A DNA stretch of 64,000 nucleotides from Selaginella moellendorffii. Lineage: Eukaryota > Plantae > Lycopodiophyta. Under the pieces are notes generated by a model. The model had not been told where the DNA came from, made no database searches, and worked only from the letters and a program-made list of their open reading frames with translations. Shown here piece after piece: positions 24,249 through 37,679 of this stretch. How positions within the stretch are numbered: position 1 is the first letter of the stretch; each line of letters opens with the position of its first letter. The stretch spans positions 126,825 through 190,824 of the forward strand of contig NW_003314292.1 of the NCBI RefSeq assembly GCF_000143415.4. The letters run 5' to 3'. Made by a program: the position numbers and the translations under genes.

Positions 24249-26418
24249 GATTAGGTAAAAAGTCTATTTAAGTAATGTCTGGTCTCTTGTGTGCATCAAG
24301 TCCAATCAACTCTCAGAAATCAATTGCAAAGTGTCCTATATATGCTTGTACTTATAGTATATAGCCCACATCATATCTTGAGTTTTGCTACTTTTTGATG
24401 TGCTTGCTGTGTAATTATAATGAATCGAGTGATGTAATAGGATCCCCAAGATCATATATGCATGGTGAGAAAAGTGAAGAAATGTGAATTAAGCAACTGT
24501 AGTGAGTGGTAAATAGTGGTGTAGCAAATAGCAAAGTGAATGGATTGCGACTGTGAGTAATGCAAAGTGATGTTGATAATAGAGAGAGTGAAATTATGTA
24601 AAGAAAACCCAGGAACCATGAGTAGCAGACTGTGAAACAGATGAGCTCTCAAACGAGAGGAGTTGATATAGCCTCAAGGTGAAAGTCTAGGCTTGTGCTT
24701 GCTCCATCCTGAGAATCACATCTTAGATGTGATAAAGAAGATATCAAAGTAGAAGAAAAGAAAGAAAAATTAAAAAAAGAAGAAGAAAAAGAGAGTGAAA
24801 CAAGCTCACCACCAAAAGCTGGCTGTGTTGCCCTCCAATATGTGATGTCATGTAGGCCCAAAATGAGTAGCATTGCAAAATGAGAAATCTGAAGCTTGGC
24901 TATGTATGGCAACGTCTAGAGCCTCTAGATCATGGAAGGAAGAGTCTCCAAAGTAATGAATTTAGTCAGAAGTGCTCACAAGAAAATTCGTGGTTGAGTG
25001 AAGTGTCGATGATCACAAGAGATGCCACGATCACTATGGGTGAGGCCACAACTAATATCTTGTGGTTGGAGAGCTCTAGTGTGATGTCCTAAGGTTGGAG
25101 AAGCTTCTGAATAAAGCTAGGATGGCAATGGAGAAAAAGTGATGCTTTCGCCAACTTTGGTAGATAGATAATTGGCAAACTTCTGGCCTGTATACACCTC
25201 ATCCATCTGTTGTGTTAGAGTGTTGTGGGCTATAGTGGAGGGCTGGATATGGTCTAGAGAAAAAGCCGTGGATAGAAATAGTCTCTAAGTCACTGCAAGT
25301 GTGTTCTCATCATCACTCATAAGGTCATATGGTAAAGTATATGTGCCTTAAAGATTTTCCTATAAAGGCACAATTAGTACAACATCACAGACTTCCTAGT
25401 GGATATCAACTCCAAGGGAGGAAGAGAAATTATGCTCCATAGCCACAAACTCCCTCAGGAATGTGAGTGATGTTGGGTCAATATCAAATGAAGTGGCCTC
25501 ATCTGGTGGCTAGGGCTGTATCTCTATCTCGTCTTGATGGGCCTTGTGCTCCATAAGCTTAGGAGCCATTGCTTCTTCATGAAACCTCACGTGAATATCG
25601 CTTTCGTCAATAAAGTTGTGTAGAATCTCTAAGCTAGGAAGAACTAAATATGGCACCTATGGCTCTATGAGAAAGTGCTGTAGAGTGTCCTCTTATGTCT
25701 TTGCAATAGGATCTATCTTAAGAAAGTCACTCTCCAAAGACACTACAAAAATTGTGTTCTCCTCCAAGTAAGGTAATTTTAGAATCTTAAGAATCTTGCC
25801 TAGATCTTTTGCCTTCTTGAGCTAAAGTGAGCATAGTGATGTAGAGTGGATGAAGGAGAAGTTGAAGAATAAGGTTGTTTAGTCCATATGTAGAAAATCA
25901 ATCATGTTGCATCACAAAGACTAAGACTCCATTATCATGTTAGCAATTGATGGAGAAACAATAAATGGTTATGGAGAGGAGTTAGATGGTGCTTTTATGA
26001 CCTTGGCAATGTTTTGGGATGCCAAGGCCTACCCCTTAGAATTGAGGATTATCACCTAGCTATTACCCCTCCTAATAACTGCCCATGCTCAAAGTCAAAG
26101 ATGCAAAACATTACATTTAACCATGGCCATCCTAAGATGATAGACTTCTCCTATAAGGAGGCTCCCAAAGAAATATAGTCCACAACATGAAAGTCAATTG
26201 TGGACTCGTGACCATAGATGAGAATACAAACATTTCAATAAACTCCCATGGGTGCCACAGTATGATTTACAAAGGTTTTTAGCATGACCTTAGAATACAG
26301 AAGCCCTCTTGTTGAGCAAGAGTGGAGGAAAGAATTTTTGTGGCTAGCAAAAGCTTTCATATCGATGCCTGCAATCATCACTAGAACTATAAATGTGCTG
26401 GAATCAAGAGCCACTACA

Positions 26419-26611
26419 TGTCATCTTGAGTTTGGACTTCCCAAGAGGTCACCCAACCCAATATTATTCAAACCCAAAAACGCTTAACCATAAATATCCC
26501 AAGACCCTTAACTGATTAGAAAAAGAAGTGCACTCTTATTCATAGGCCCTTTCCCTTTATATTTGAACCCCTATGGATCGTCTTTCGAGTCATTCCCTTT
26601 AATTACTTACA
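26419..26611 (-). mobile_element. Cassandra solo LTR
   Basis: 5S-like core (ggacttcccaagaggtcacccaa...cgcttaacc). TSD CTACA at 26414-26418 and 26612-26616. Confidence 0.88.
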
Positions 26612-29035
26612 CTACAGCATTGACAATAGGAATAGAGGCCACGTTTGGGACTCAAGAGGGTGCGATTTCACTAAGAGCTCACACAAGGACCTTAAGCTGC
26701 TAAAGCAAGGCCGGAAATTATGACAAAGAGTGCCAACTGTTGTCATGATTAAAGTTGCCATAATTTGGTCAATAAGATTGCTCTGGTGGCCACTTGACAT
26801 TGAAGGAGACCCTCCAAACTGTGTGCTGGCAAAGTTTGGCATGTATGAAGACATTGGAATTTGAGATATCAATGGGGAGGCTGGCACTATTGCAAATGTC
26901 TTTAGGAAAGGCAATTTGCCAAGCAATGAGAATTTAAAGGAAATGACTATTGGAGTTGGTGTCAGTGTGGTGTCCAACTCCTCTACTACTATGTGTGCAT
27001 TTCTTTAAGTTCAGGTAGCCATTTTTATTGTCAACTCCTTCACTACATAGATCATATTCACTAGGAATTTCCCACAATCATTTGCCAATGGTGCTTCAAT
27101 TGTGCATTGATGGAGCATCTCATAGTACTCTATGGAGGTGTCTAGGGCTGTGTTGTCCACAAATTGTTGGCGCTAGACTTATGCATTTATCTCTGTGGGT
27201 GCAACTTTGGATATAGTCACCAAAAATGAGTTATGTTATGTGATTGGATCTTGCACTCCTCATACCAACAAAGCTGTCACCAAGGGTGGTCTTGTACAAC
27301 CATCTTCAATGCTCAGAGTTCCTCCATGAGTTTGCTCTGTTGCTTTTGATGTTGCTGAAAGATCATCTTATACTCCTTAAACTCAACTAAAGGACACTTA
27401 ACTACAGTGGGCATCTTCTCAGGGACTGGCTGGGGGCTTGTGATGCAAGTAGAGGCACAAGGATGAGTTGCTAGGAGTCTTTAGACAAGCTCCTTAGTGA
27501 ATGAGACATTGATTTCATGGAATATCTTCAACTCAAGTTTTGCAACATATGTGTAGGCATCATGGCATCACTAGTGGTAGTGCTTGGCAACTTTCCTTTA
27601 GAGTCCGAGCTTGAGGCTTTGTACAAAGATGGATACTTTGATGGACTCCTCTTGTGTTGCTCTCTTATTAAGGCTGATCTTCCAAAATGCTGTCATATAA
27701 TTGAAGATGGATTTATTCACACTTTGCCAAAACTAGAATAAGTCCTCGATATGTTACTACAAGGAAACCTTCTGTGAGAACGTGCTCCTGAATGTCTAGA
27801 GGAGAGTGTCAAAGTCCTGCTTTTCCTTGACCTCCAGCACAAGTACCCATTGCCGTGCATGTCCATGCATCGGTTGAATGAACACTTCATGCTTGGTCAC
27901 ATCATCTGTGATCTAGTTGCTACCACAGTAAGAAGAGAATGTTGCAAAGTGATCCTTCAGTAAAATGCCTATCCCTAGCTCAAAGAAGGGGAGTTCAAGA
28001 TTGTGCTACAATACATGCACTATTGGCATGGGTGGTAGAGGTGGTAGAGATTGCTATACCATCCTTGGTTGATTTAAGATCTTTAGGAATGTCTCTTGGC
28101 CTCTCTAGAAGTGGTGAATTTGTAGCTTGAGGAAAAATCCAAGGCAAGGAAGTGCTACAATCTCCTAACTTGGTATTTACATTGGATGGTAAATCCTTAC
28201 TTGCTGACAATGTAATAATGAGTTCAACTCTTGCCAAAGAATAAAGAGCTTTCTTTGTATATAGGAAGCTGAGAGAGAACCAAGAACCAATCACATGCCT
28301 GTACTCCTCATGTGCATGGGCATGGAATATGTAAGTGCAACAAATGCCAAGTCTTGGGATAAGTCTAGAAGTAACCCCAAGCAAAAGTAAATTGTTTCTG
28401 AAGGTAAAGCACTTACCACACACTATAGGATACACAAAAAAATGCCCAGAAATGCCTCAACACCTGCTTTATACAAAAATTTGTGAAAATGACCTCCTCT
28501 CAATTAAATGTTGTTTAAACAAAAAAAACTTCTAGCAAAAGCAAAGAAAGAATAAATTCTTCCTTACAACCCAAGTAATAAAACACTTTTGCAAAAAATA
28601 TGTTTAAACTTGCGATCTAGAGCATATATATTGATGAGGATAAATGCAAATGAAGCATAGCACTATCTAAAAACCTTTTCTAAAAGTAACTTTCATAAAA
28701 ATACTCAATTTTCTCAATTATGGCAAATATTTAAAAACACAATAGATGTTGAAGTATAGAACTCTTAAAATCACGTTCTTGGGCTTGGGAGAAGCTCTCC
28801 ACCTCCTATATAACTCATATAGAAAACAAATTGAAACTATTTCCCAAAAAACAGCAAAAAGCTCAAAAACCTTTCTCTATATTTGAAATAAACAAGTGTG
28901 AGAGAAAAATTATTCTAAATCACTCCAAACCAGCTTAAAATGTGCATAAAAATCCTCTAAGAAAAGCTTATGAATAAATTTACCAAAGGAGTCTAAGAAA
29001 AATTGAAATGGTAGTGTATCTAGCTTGTTCTAAAT

Positions 29036-29785
29036 TGTAACTCATGTGATTATGGGATGAGATTTAAATATACTGTCATTGTGGATCCTTAGAACCTTGG
29101 GGGATAAATAGGGATAAAAATAGCCATTAAGAGCTCTCTCATCAAGCAATTACCCCTTTTCTAGTTGGCTTAAGGGGAGAGAGATAAGGTGCGCTACAGT
29201 TGGTATCGGAGTAAATGGCACAGGTTCGATTCCCTGTAAGCAACCAAAGGGAACGACTTGAGAGACAATCCATGGGGTTCAAATATAGAGGGAAAAGGGC
29301 CCATGAATAAGAAAGACTGCACCCCCTTTTCCAATTGGTTAAGGGTCTTGGGATACTTGGGGTTAAGCGTCCTTGGGTTTGAATAGTACTAGGCTGGGTG
29401 ACCTCCCGGGAAGTCCAAATTCAGGAGCTTACATTCCCATTGATTAGTGGCTACTTAAAAATATAATATAACCTTGAGCAAGGTATATTCCTACCCCTAA
29501 ATTTGAAATTGTACGTATTGGACATCCATGCGTACGTCCTTCCTTTTATGTGGAGTATCCACAGACGAAGGTATCCATCGTGGGACTGTAGTACGGGTGG
29601 ATGACTAGTTACCTCACATGGAATAGTTACTCTACACAATAGAAGGATTGGTGGATTGAGTGCGAAAATGGAGGTGTTAATTCCCCTTGGCTCAGTAAGG
29701 GTTGTTAGTCAATAGTCAATGAGGACATTGACATCTCTGAAAGGGGGGTGAGTGTAGTGCATGTGATCATAGGATGAGATTTGAA
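29036..29785 (+). mobile_element. TRIM family B, 3' LTR truncated, containing a Cassandra solo LTR
   Basis: LTR 29036-29198, PBS TTGGTATCGGAG, PPT AAAGGGGGGTGAG, second LTR starting at 29753. Confidence 0.85.
29235..29433 (+). mobile_element. Cassandra solo LTR
   Basis: TGTAAGC...GCTTACA termini. GGTTAAGCGTCCTTGGGTTTGAATAGTACTAGGCTGGGTGACCTCCCGGGAAGTCC closely matches the plant 5S rRNA A-box/IE/C-box region. Perfect TSD TTCCC. Confidence 0.93.
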
Positions 29786-32700
29786 TTTATTGTTTTGAAT
29801 GCTGTGAGAAAATGGAAGTTATATATGTTGATTTTTGCACCAAATCAAGGATTTTTTTTATGCTAAACCATGTATCTCGACGAAATCTACAAGCCCATGA
29901 TCTTCATTTCTTGAATTGATTCCCCTAAGAGCCCTGATGAGAAGAAAATTAACTTATCTTGTCTAAAAAGAAAAAAAACTCAAGAAATCCTTAAAATCTA
30001 AGCATAGTGAGAATTTTGCAACTAAGCACATTCTTCTTTACTTTTAAGACCCCTCCAACATCAGCACCATCACCACAACTCAGATTTCTCAAAACTTTAC
30101 TCCAAAACCCCAAGAAAAACCCAAAAAATAAGGGGAGGATTGTTTAAAAAGCAATCCTCCTCAATGGAGTCACCAAAGGCTGAGAGGGGAGAGAGCACTC
30201 TTTCATGCTTTGAACTCCTACTCAAGTATATCTCTTGTGTGAATTCCCTACCCTAAAAAATGGGGAAGAAGGAGAATATACCCTTATGCCCTAGCATCTC
30301 TTTATGCCCTTAGAATATTCTAATAATAAAATATTCTAGGGAATCTGCTCTAAGCCATCTCCTAACACCATAAAGCGACAAAAATTTAATTTCTTCTCTA
30401 TTCATTGTTCAACCACCTCAGACATTATATATTGCACTTAAAAATCCTGAATCTTAAATTTAGTTATAGTTATAGTCAAGTCAACCTGCCAAGAAAAACT
30501 TTGAGAATATTATAAAAGAAAAGGGTTTATGGTTTAGTAAACCACTTACTTATGATCATAAATATTACATGGCTGACCAGCCTAAAACACATTCCATATA
30601 GTTTCCAAAAATTTACAAAATCCATCCATATCCATTTGTTCTATAAGGTCTACACTAGAAGCAAGACCAAGGGTTGACATCTTGAAGATAAATGGGTATT
30701 GGCTAGTAGAAGTTACTTGCCATATGAATAAACTCCCATAGGAACATTTAAACCCTAAACCCATGAATAAACTCATAGGAATATTTAAATTAATACCTTA
30801 GGGGATTGGTGGCTAACCTTTTGAAGAAGTAATTGTTCTTGTCATGGTCAGAAATGCATTTATTTGCAATATATTCCAAATAATTACCACAATAAATAAT
30901 AGATATTAAACATTCAAAACAGGTGAAATGGGTTATCTTTACCTTGTATTAGTTATATAGATCTAAAGGAGTTTTCATACCCTTTATCTTGCTTAGGGAG
31001 CTTGCTAGTGGAAATTTGAAGAAAATATTCCCATCATAAGAAGGTGGAAGTTCCTTATATTTCCGATACTCAAACTCCTAGAAATCTAAATATAGCAAAT
31101 AAGATTACCAAAATTTAGTTTCCACTGCTTCAAAGACAAATCCACAAGGACTACACCTCTTGGTTTGGGAAGCTAAGTAAGGAAGTTGATCTTCTTTATT
31201 TTCATTGCTGGAGACAACAATGATTTAGTCCTTCACTTGACTTACAATCAACTAAGAAGTTAAAGCACCCTTATTGAAACATTTTGGAGATTCTGTGACA
31301 AGAATCTCATGACTAATACATCTATCAAAATCTATTGAATCCCTCCTATACTACTATCAAGGAAGATAGATTTTTCTACTAAATTTATCATATTGCAACA
31401 TATATACTTAAGACAAATAGAATTAGGGAATTGTCTCCTTTATTACCTTTGCAATTTTTTTTCCTTTATATTATATCAAAATTTCATTAACATTCCTAGG
31501 CCTTAATTTGAATGTTTTACAAAGGAAACTTTCTCTAAAAATACTCTAAAATAGTTGGAGGCTTAATTAAACTTCAAGTAAAACTCTCTCATTGCATTAG
31601 ATCATTATAAAACTTTTGAGAAGAAGCTCACAATTAAGAATATGGATATTCTTTCTTGATTGAGTAGAAAGGAATTTAAGATAGACAATCTATCTAAAGC
31701 ATTGAATAATTGTGTTTTTGTAAGAAGATATTGTAAGCTCTTAAATTTTGACTTCTTGGGAGGTCACCTAACTCAATACTATTTAAACCTAAATACACTT
31801 AACCCCAAGTATCCCAAAACCTTTAACCAATTGGAAAAAGAAGTGCATTTTTATTCATGGGCCATTTCTCTTTATATTTAAATTTCTATAGATTATCTTT
31901 CGAGTCGTTCCCTTTGGTTACTTACAATTCACCACACTTCCTTGCAAATTCACACTCTTGTGAACAAAAGTTAAGAGCCCCACTCTCTTGACACCCTACC
32001 CCTTGAGTCGAGTCTAGCTGGAGCATACTAAACTTACTAGATGTCAATTAACATGTGATGTGATTCCCCTAGTTAACTAACAAAGTCAGACTTGAGACCC
32101 CTTTGATATCAAATCTAAGCTTTTGAATTTGAATTTCCCAAGAGGTTAATCAACTCAGTACTATTCAAACCCAAAGACATTTATGTAAGCCACAAATTTT
32201 TCCTTTCCAATTTACCAACTTACCTCGTCTATCCGTCCAACACTGCCTTGACTGTTGCTAAATTCCCTCGCCAAGGTTCCTGCCTATGGTACAAACTCTT
32301 ACTTGGTCCTACTTGGTTTCAGCTACTCACTACACGAGCAATGGAGCGTTAGCCATCCATCCACAGATTCCTAAATTTCTCCCAATCCCCCTCCCTGGGT
32401 TAGATTGGACTTAAAGTTCGGCTACACTCCCCACAAGCACAAGCAGCCAAGTACACCAAGCCTCTAGGTTCTTAACACCCCTTGGTACCACAAGACTTGA
32501 TCATGGGACCCTCTAAATCCCAAGTCTTGGGTGCAACACTTGCTTCAAGACGCCGGGGCAAAACACCATGGCCTAACGGCCCAGTATGGGTACCTCTACC
32601 CCCCCACTTCCATCCCGAAAGAAGGCCCAAGCCCCTAGGAAGGGCGAGGACCAATGAGCCGCATGGTACTCAAGTGGGGCACCACTCCACATGAGCTGGG

Positions 32701-35700
32701 AGCACCACAGTTGGTTTCCCTTTCGAGAGTGGGAGCTGCTCTTGAGCACTTCCTTGGGTGGCCCCTCCGGCACCACCCAAGCCCATACTCATTCCCACGC
32801 AAGGCCCCTCGGCCCCAGTCTCAACCTCAAGTCAATTTGGAAGCACCACAGGAGAGTTCCTTCAAGACTAGTTCCTAGACCTCACTATCCCTACTATACT
32901 TTTGGAACCCCCTGCAGCCCCCCCCCCCCCCCCCCCCCCCCCCCCGGGAGATGCACGCTTTGGGCTTTCACCCTTGACTGTATTAGTACTTGGACTCGGT
33001 CTCGGTCTCGATCTCAGACCCGACTTCGGACTCGGTCTCGGACCCGATTTCGAACTCGACTTCGGACTCGACCTCGGACTCGGTCTTGGACCTGATTTGG
33101 AACTCGAACTCTGTCTCGAACTCGGTCTCCGATTCGGCCTCGGACTCGATCCTGGACTCTATCTTGAACTCGGTCTCAGAGTCGATCTTGAACTCGATCT
33201 TCAACTTAGTCCCATCCGATGAACTCTTTGTCATTTTGGTCATGCTTTTGGGGATCCTTTAGCCTATGACACCGTGGCGAGTTGGTTCCTTACAACTCCA
33301 CCACCTATAGAAGATGTTTGATGCCCACATCGAACGTCTCTTTTTTATCCTACGATTTGTTGACCATGTCTCCGGGGCCATCCCCCCACTTAGCGGTGTG
33401 CCTAAGTTAGCCTCCCCGGCCAAGAGCCCATGACAACAGAATATAGGTGTCTTTATATGCCTCACCTCACCACACCCTAATATGGGGTCGGGACTTGAAC
33501 CAAGCCTTGCTTTACTAGGGGGTTGGGACTCGAACCCAACCTCCATAGAATATGTCTACGGATTCGACATCCCCACGGGGAGTCGGGTGTAGTGCCCTAC
33601 GCCTGGTCGACCTTGCCAACCCATGCTAATTACCTTACCTTCGGCGCGCCTTCGGGTCCCAACATATGCCATTGCTCAACTTCACAAATTGATACTTTAA
33701 TTGGACTTTGCATAAGTACATAGAGTTCTGCCTAGCAGAAATTCCTCCACTAGATCTCGCACGTTTGCTAGGTTCTCCTCCGGTTCCTATGTTGCTTCAC
33801 AGTGTGGAAATCCTTTCCACTTCACATGGAACTCTCTCACCTCACATCCTTGTCGCTTGCTCTTGCGCACATTGAGGATGGCCTCAACTTCGTATTCCTC
33901 TTCCCCTTGGATAACCTCAGGTAAAGGTCTTACTTGGTCCTTGCAAAGCGGATCCTCAAAATATAGCTTGAGTAAGTTCACATGGAACACGGGGTGCATC
34001 TTCCCCATCTCTCGAGGAAGTCGGAGACGGTAAGCCACTTTACCGATTCGAGCCTCAATCTCATAAGGCCCCATGAACCTACTTAAGGAACTCAAGATCA
34101 ATTCATTTACAGGAATACATGCATTTTTACCTTTGGGTCAACTTCCGGCTGATCCCACTTGGTAGCTTGATGTTCTTGGTGTTCAGCCACACCTTCTCCC
34201 CAGCTTGGAACTCTACATCCCGACGCTTCTAGTTCGCGTACTTGGTTTGCCTTTGTTGAGCCCATTCCAAGGAATCCCTCACTAGATTCCAAGTGTTGAG
34301 TCTTTCCGCCGTGAATGCCTTCACTGCGGGTAACTCTCCATGATACTTGGCCACACTGAGTTCTATAGGACCTTCAATAACTCGCCCATTGATAACTTCC
34401 CATGGACTCACCCCAATGCTCGAATGTGGTGAGTTGTTATAACACATTTCCGCAAGTCCTAAATGACTTACCCAATCGGTCTGGTCTCCCGAGACATAAC
34501 ACCGCAAATAATCCTCCAGCTGCCTATTCACCCTTTCTGTTTGTCTGTCTGTCAAGAAGTGTTAGTGCCATCAAACTTGACTTAATACCCATTACCTGTC
34601 TGTGGGTGATAGGTTGTGCTGAATTTCAACTTAGTGCGATACTATTCCAAGAGTGTTCTCCAGAACCTACTGGTAAAGATCTTATCTCGATCTGAGATAA
34701 TCTCTTCTGGCCTTCCCTGCACTCGAACCACTTGTTTGAGGAACAGCTTTGCCACACCTTCCGCATCCACTTCCATTGTGGTGGGTATGAAATGTGCCAT
34801 CTTTGAAAATCAATCCACCACCACGAATATCGCATTGAACCCCTCGCTTGGGGGGAGTCCCATAATGAAGTCCATCGTAAGACATTTCCATGGACAATCT
34901 GGAATTGGGATGCTTGTAACAAGCCCCCACTAGCCTTAGTTACGGCTTTGATCTGTTGACATGTTGGACATGTCTTTACATAGTCTTAGATGTCCTTAGC
35001 CATATCTGGCCAGTGGTACTTCCTCTTGAGTAAGCCCATTGTCTTGGGCACTCTGCTATGTCCCGCAAAAGGTTTGTCATGACACTCTTTTAAGGCTATC
35101 TTCCTTAATTCCCTTTCTGGAGCATACACCCTCGTTTGCTTGTAATATATGAGTCCATTGTGTTCCACATAGCCCATTTTCTCTTTTGTTGGTAGCTCAC
35201 CTCTCTGGTGAGCTTCTTGTGCCACTAGATTCCTTAGCAACACTTCTTGTGATAGACCATCATTCTCGTATGCAATCTGCACATCATCCTAAAAGGTTGA
35301 TGTCACGCTGGATATCACCAACTTCAAGCTCGCTTTTCGACTTAGCGCATCTACCACAATGTTGCTCTTCCCAGGCTTGTACAGAATCTCGCAATCAAAC
35401 TCGGCCAAAGCATTGGCCCACTAACCTTGTTTTCCCTCAGATCGGGCTATGACAAGAAGTGTTTCGTTGCCACATTGTCCGTGTAAACTTTGAAGTGTCT
35501 CCCAAGGTAGTGTTGCCACTCCTTGAGCACCTTGACCACCGAAAACAATTCCTTCTCATGGGCAGGCCACTTCCGTTGAGCCTTGTTCAACTTCTTCGAG
35601 AAGAACGCTACTGGATGGTTGTCTTGCTTCAAAACTGTGCCCAACACAAAGTCTGAAGCATCTGTTTCTACCTCAAAGTCATTACCAAAGTCTGGTAACG

Positions 35701-37679
35701 CCAACACGGGAGCCTTCCTCAACTTCCCCTTGAGGTGGACAAATGTTGCCTCATATTCTGCTGTCCATACCATCTTCCCTTTTCCCATTTGGTCTGTTAA
35801 GGGCAGGGTTACTCTCGAATAGTGTCTGATAAACTTTCGATAGTAGTTGCATAGCCCCAAGCATGCCCTTAACTCGTGTACATTCGATGGTCACTCTCAA
35901 TCCTGGATCGCTTGGACCTTCTCAGAGTCCACCTTGAGCCCGTCCTTGCCCACCACATGCCTGAGAAATTTTACCTTTTGTTGAGCAAAGTCATATTTGC
36001 TCTCTTTAGCATATAGCTGGTGTTCTCTTAGTTTCTCAAACACCTTCGTCAAGTGTTTAGCATGCTCCTCTAGCATTTCACTATAGATCAAGATGTCTTC
36101 AATATAGACGACCACAAAATGATTTAGATAGGGTACAAAAATATGGTTCATCAATGCCGAAAACGTTGCTGGCGCATTGCATAGCCCGAAGGGCATCACC
36201 AGAAACTCGAAGCTCCCATACCTTGTTTGACAGGTTGTCGTCTCGACATTTTCCTCTGCTACCCTGATCTGGTAGTATCCTGACCTTAGGTCAATCCTTG
36301 AGAAGTATTTTGCCTTTCCCAACTTATCGAACAGGTCCTCAATCCTTGGCAAAGGGTACTTATTCTTCTTTGTATACTTGTTGAGCAACTGGTAGTCTAT
36401 GCACATGCGCATAGATCTATCTTTCTTTTTCACAAATAGCACCGCGCCCCATACGGCGACTTGCTCAACCTAACATACCCTTTGTCCACCAACTCCTCTA
36501 GTTGGCACTTGGGCTCTGCAAGTTCTTTTTCGTTCAAACGATAGGGGGGACGAACCACTGCCTCAGCACCCTCGACCAGCTCAATCTTATGTTCTATCGG
36601 TCGTGTAGGGGGCAACCCCGCCGGTAGCTCCTCCGGCATGGTATCCTGGAATTGGTCCAACACCCATTGGATCACTAAAGGTACTTCTTTCGTTCCTGTC
36701 TTTTTGTCACTCCTCACCAAGAGTAAGCACAAAAATGCAGCCTTGGTCCCTTTAGTGAATTGTCCTCTCGTGGACACCAGGTTTAGGAACAAATCTTTGG
36801 CCTTGAATTGCCTTACCTTTAGATCCTGGGCCTCCACCCTGGATCTTCTTCCTTGGGCATTCGCTAGTACCACAAGGTTCCTACCTTGTCCATGCAGTGT
36901 TACCACGAACTGATTGAACCAATCCATCCCGAAGATCACATCAAATCCCGCCATGTCTAACACGGTGAAATCCATGTCTACTTTCCAAGTCCCTACTTCG
37001 ACTCTCGCTTGTCTAAGTACCTCATCGGTGCTTTGGCTACCTTGAACAAACTCTATAGTCCTTGGTTTGCCCAGCCGCTGCACCGTTAGTCCGGCTTGCC
37101 GGACTATGTCTGCAGCCACAAAATTATCTGAAGCACCTGTGTCTATAAGAATCTTAATAAAGCTACCTCCGAGCTTCCCTCGGAGGGCTAGTAGATGTCG
37201 CGAACAACTCTCTACCAAAGTTGCTCGTGTAATGAGTAACTTTGAGCTAAGGACTGGATCACATACTTCAGTTTAGACTTCACCCGACTTAATGGCTATA
37301 TTGGCTCTGGCCTTCTTCGAGTAGGGACATTCCCTCGAAAAGTGTCCCACTTCACTACAGTTGTAGCCTACGTTGTTTCCCACGCTACTAAACGACTTGA
37401 CCTTCTTATCCGTGGGTTTGTCTCTTTTTGCTTGACTCCCCCATGTACTTGCTCGCTGGCCACCGGATTTGCCTTTCCGGAACCCCAAGGACTCATTCTT
37501 AGAGAAACTCTTCTTGAATTTCCCTTTGTTATATGTTCCCCTTGGTTTGGCCCCTTTGTTAAACGTGGACCCCGACCCCGTCGTGTTCCCCTTTCGCAGG
37601 TTATCGTTGAAATGCACCATGATAGCCGCATCCAACGCTTCTTTATAATTGGTTGGGTTCCAACGCATCACTTTGCCGC

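Noticed and set aside
29218-29234. tRNA gene or SINE at GGTTCGATTCCC
   Set aside because: No cloverleaf or clear A-box; the motif is part of the TRIM-B internal region.
29360-29418. 5S rRNA genes
   Set aside because: Only the ~55-nt internal promoter region is present, always inside Cassandra LTRs; there is no 5S 5' end or full 120-nt gene.
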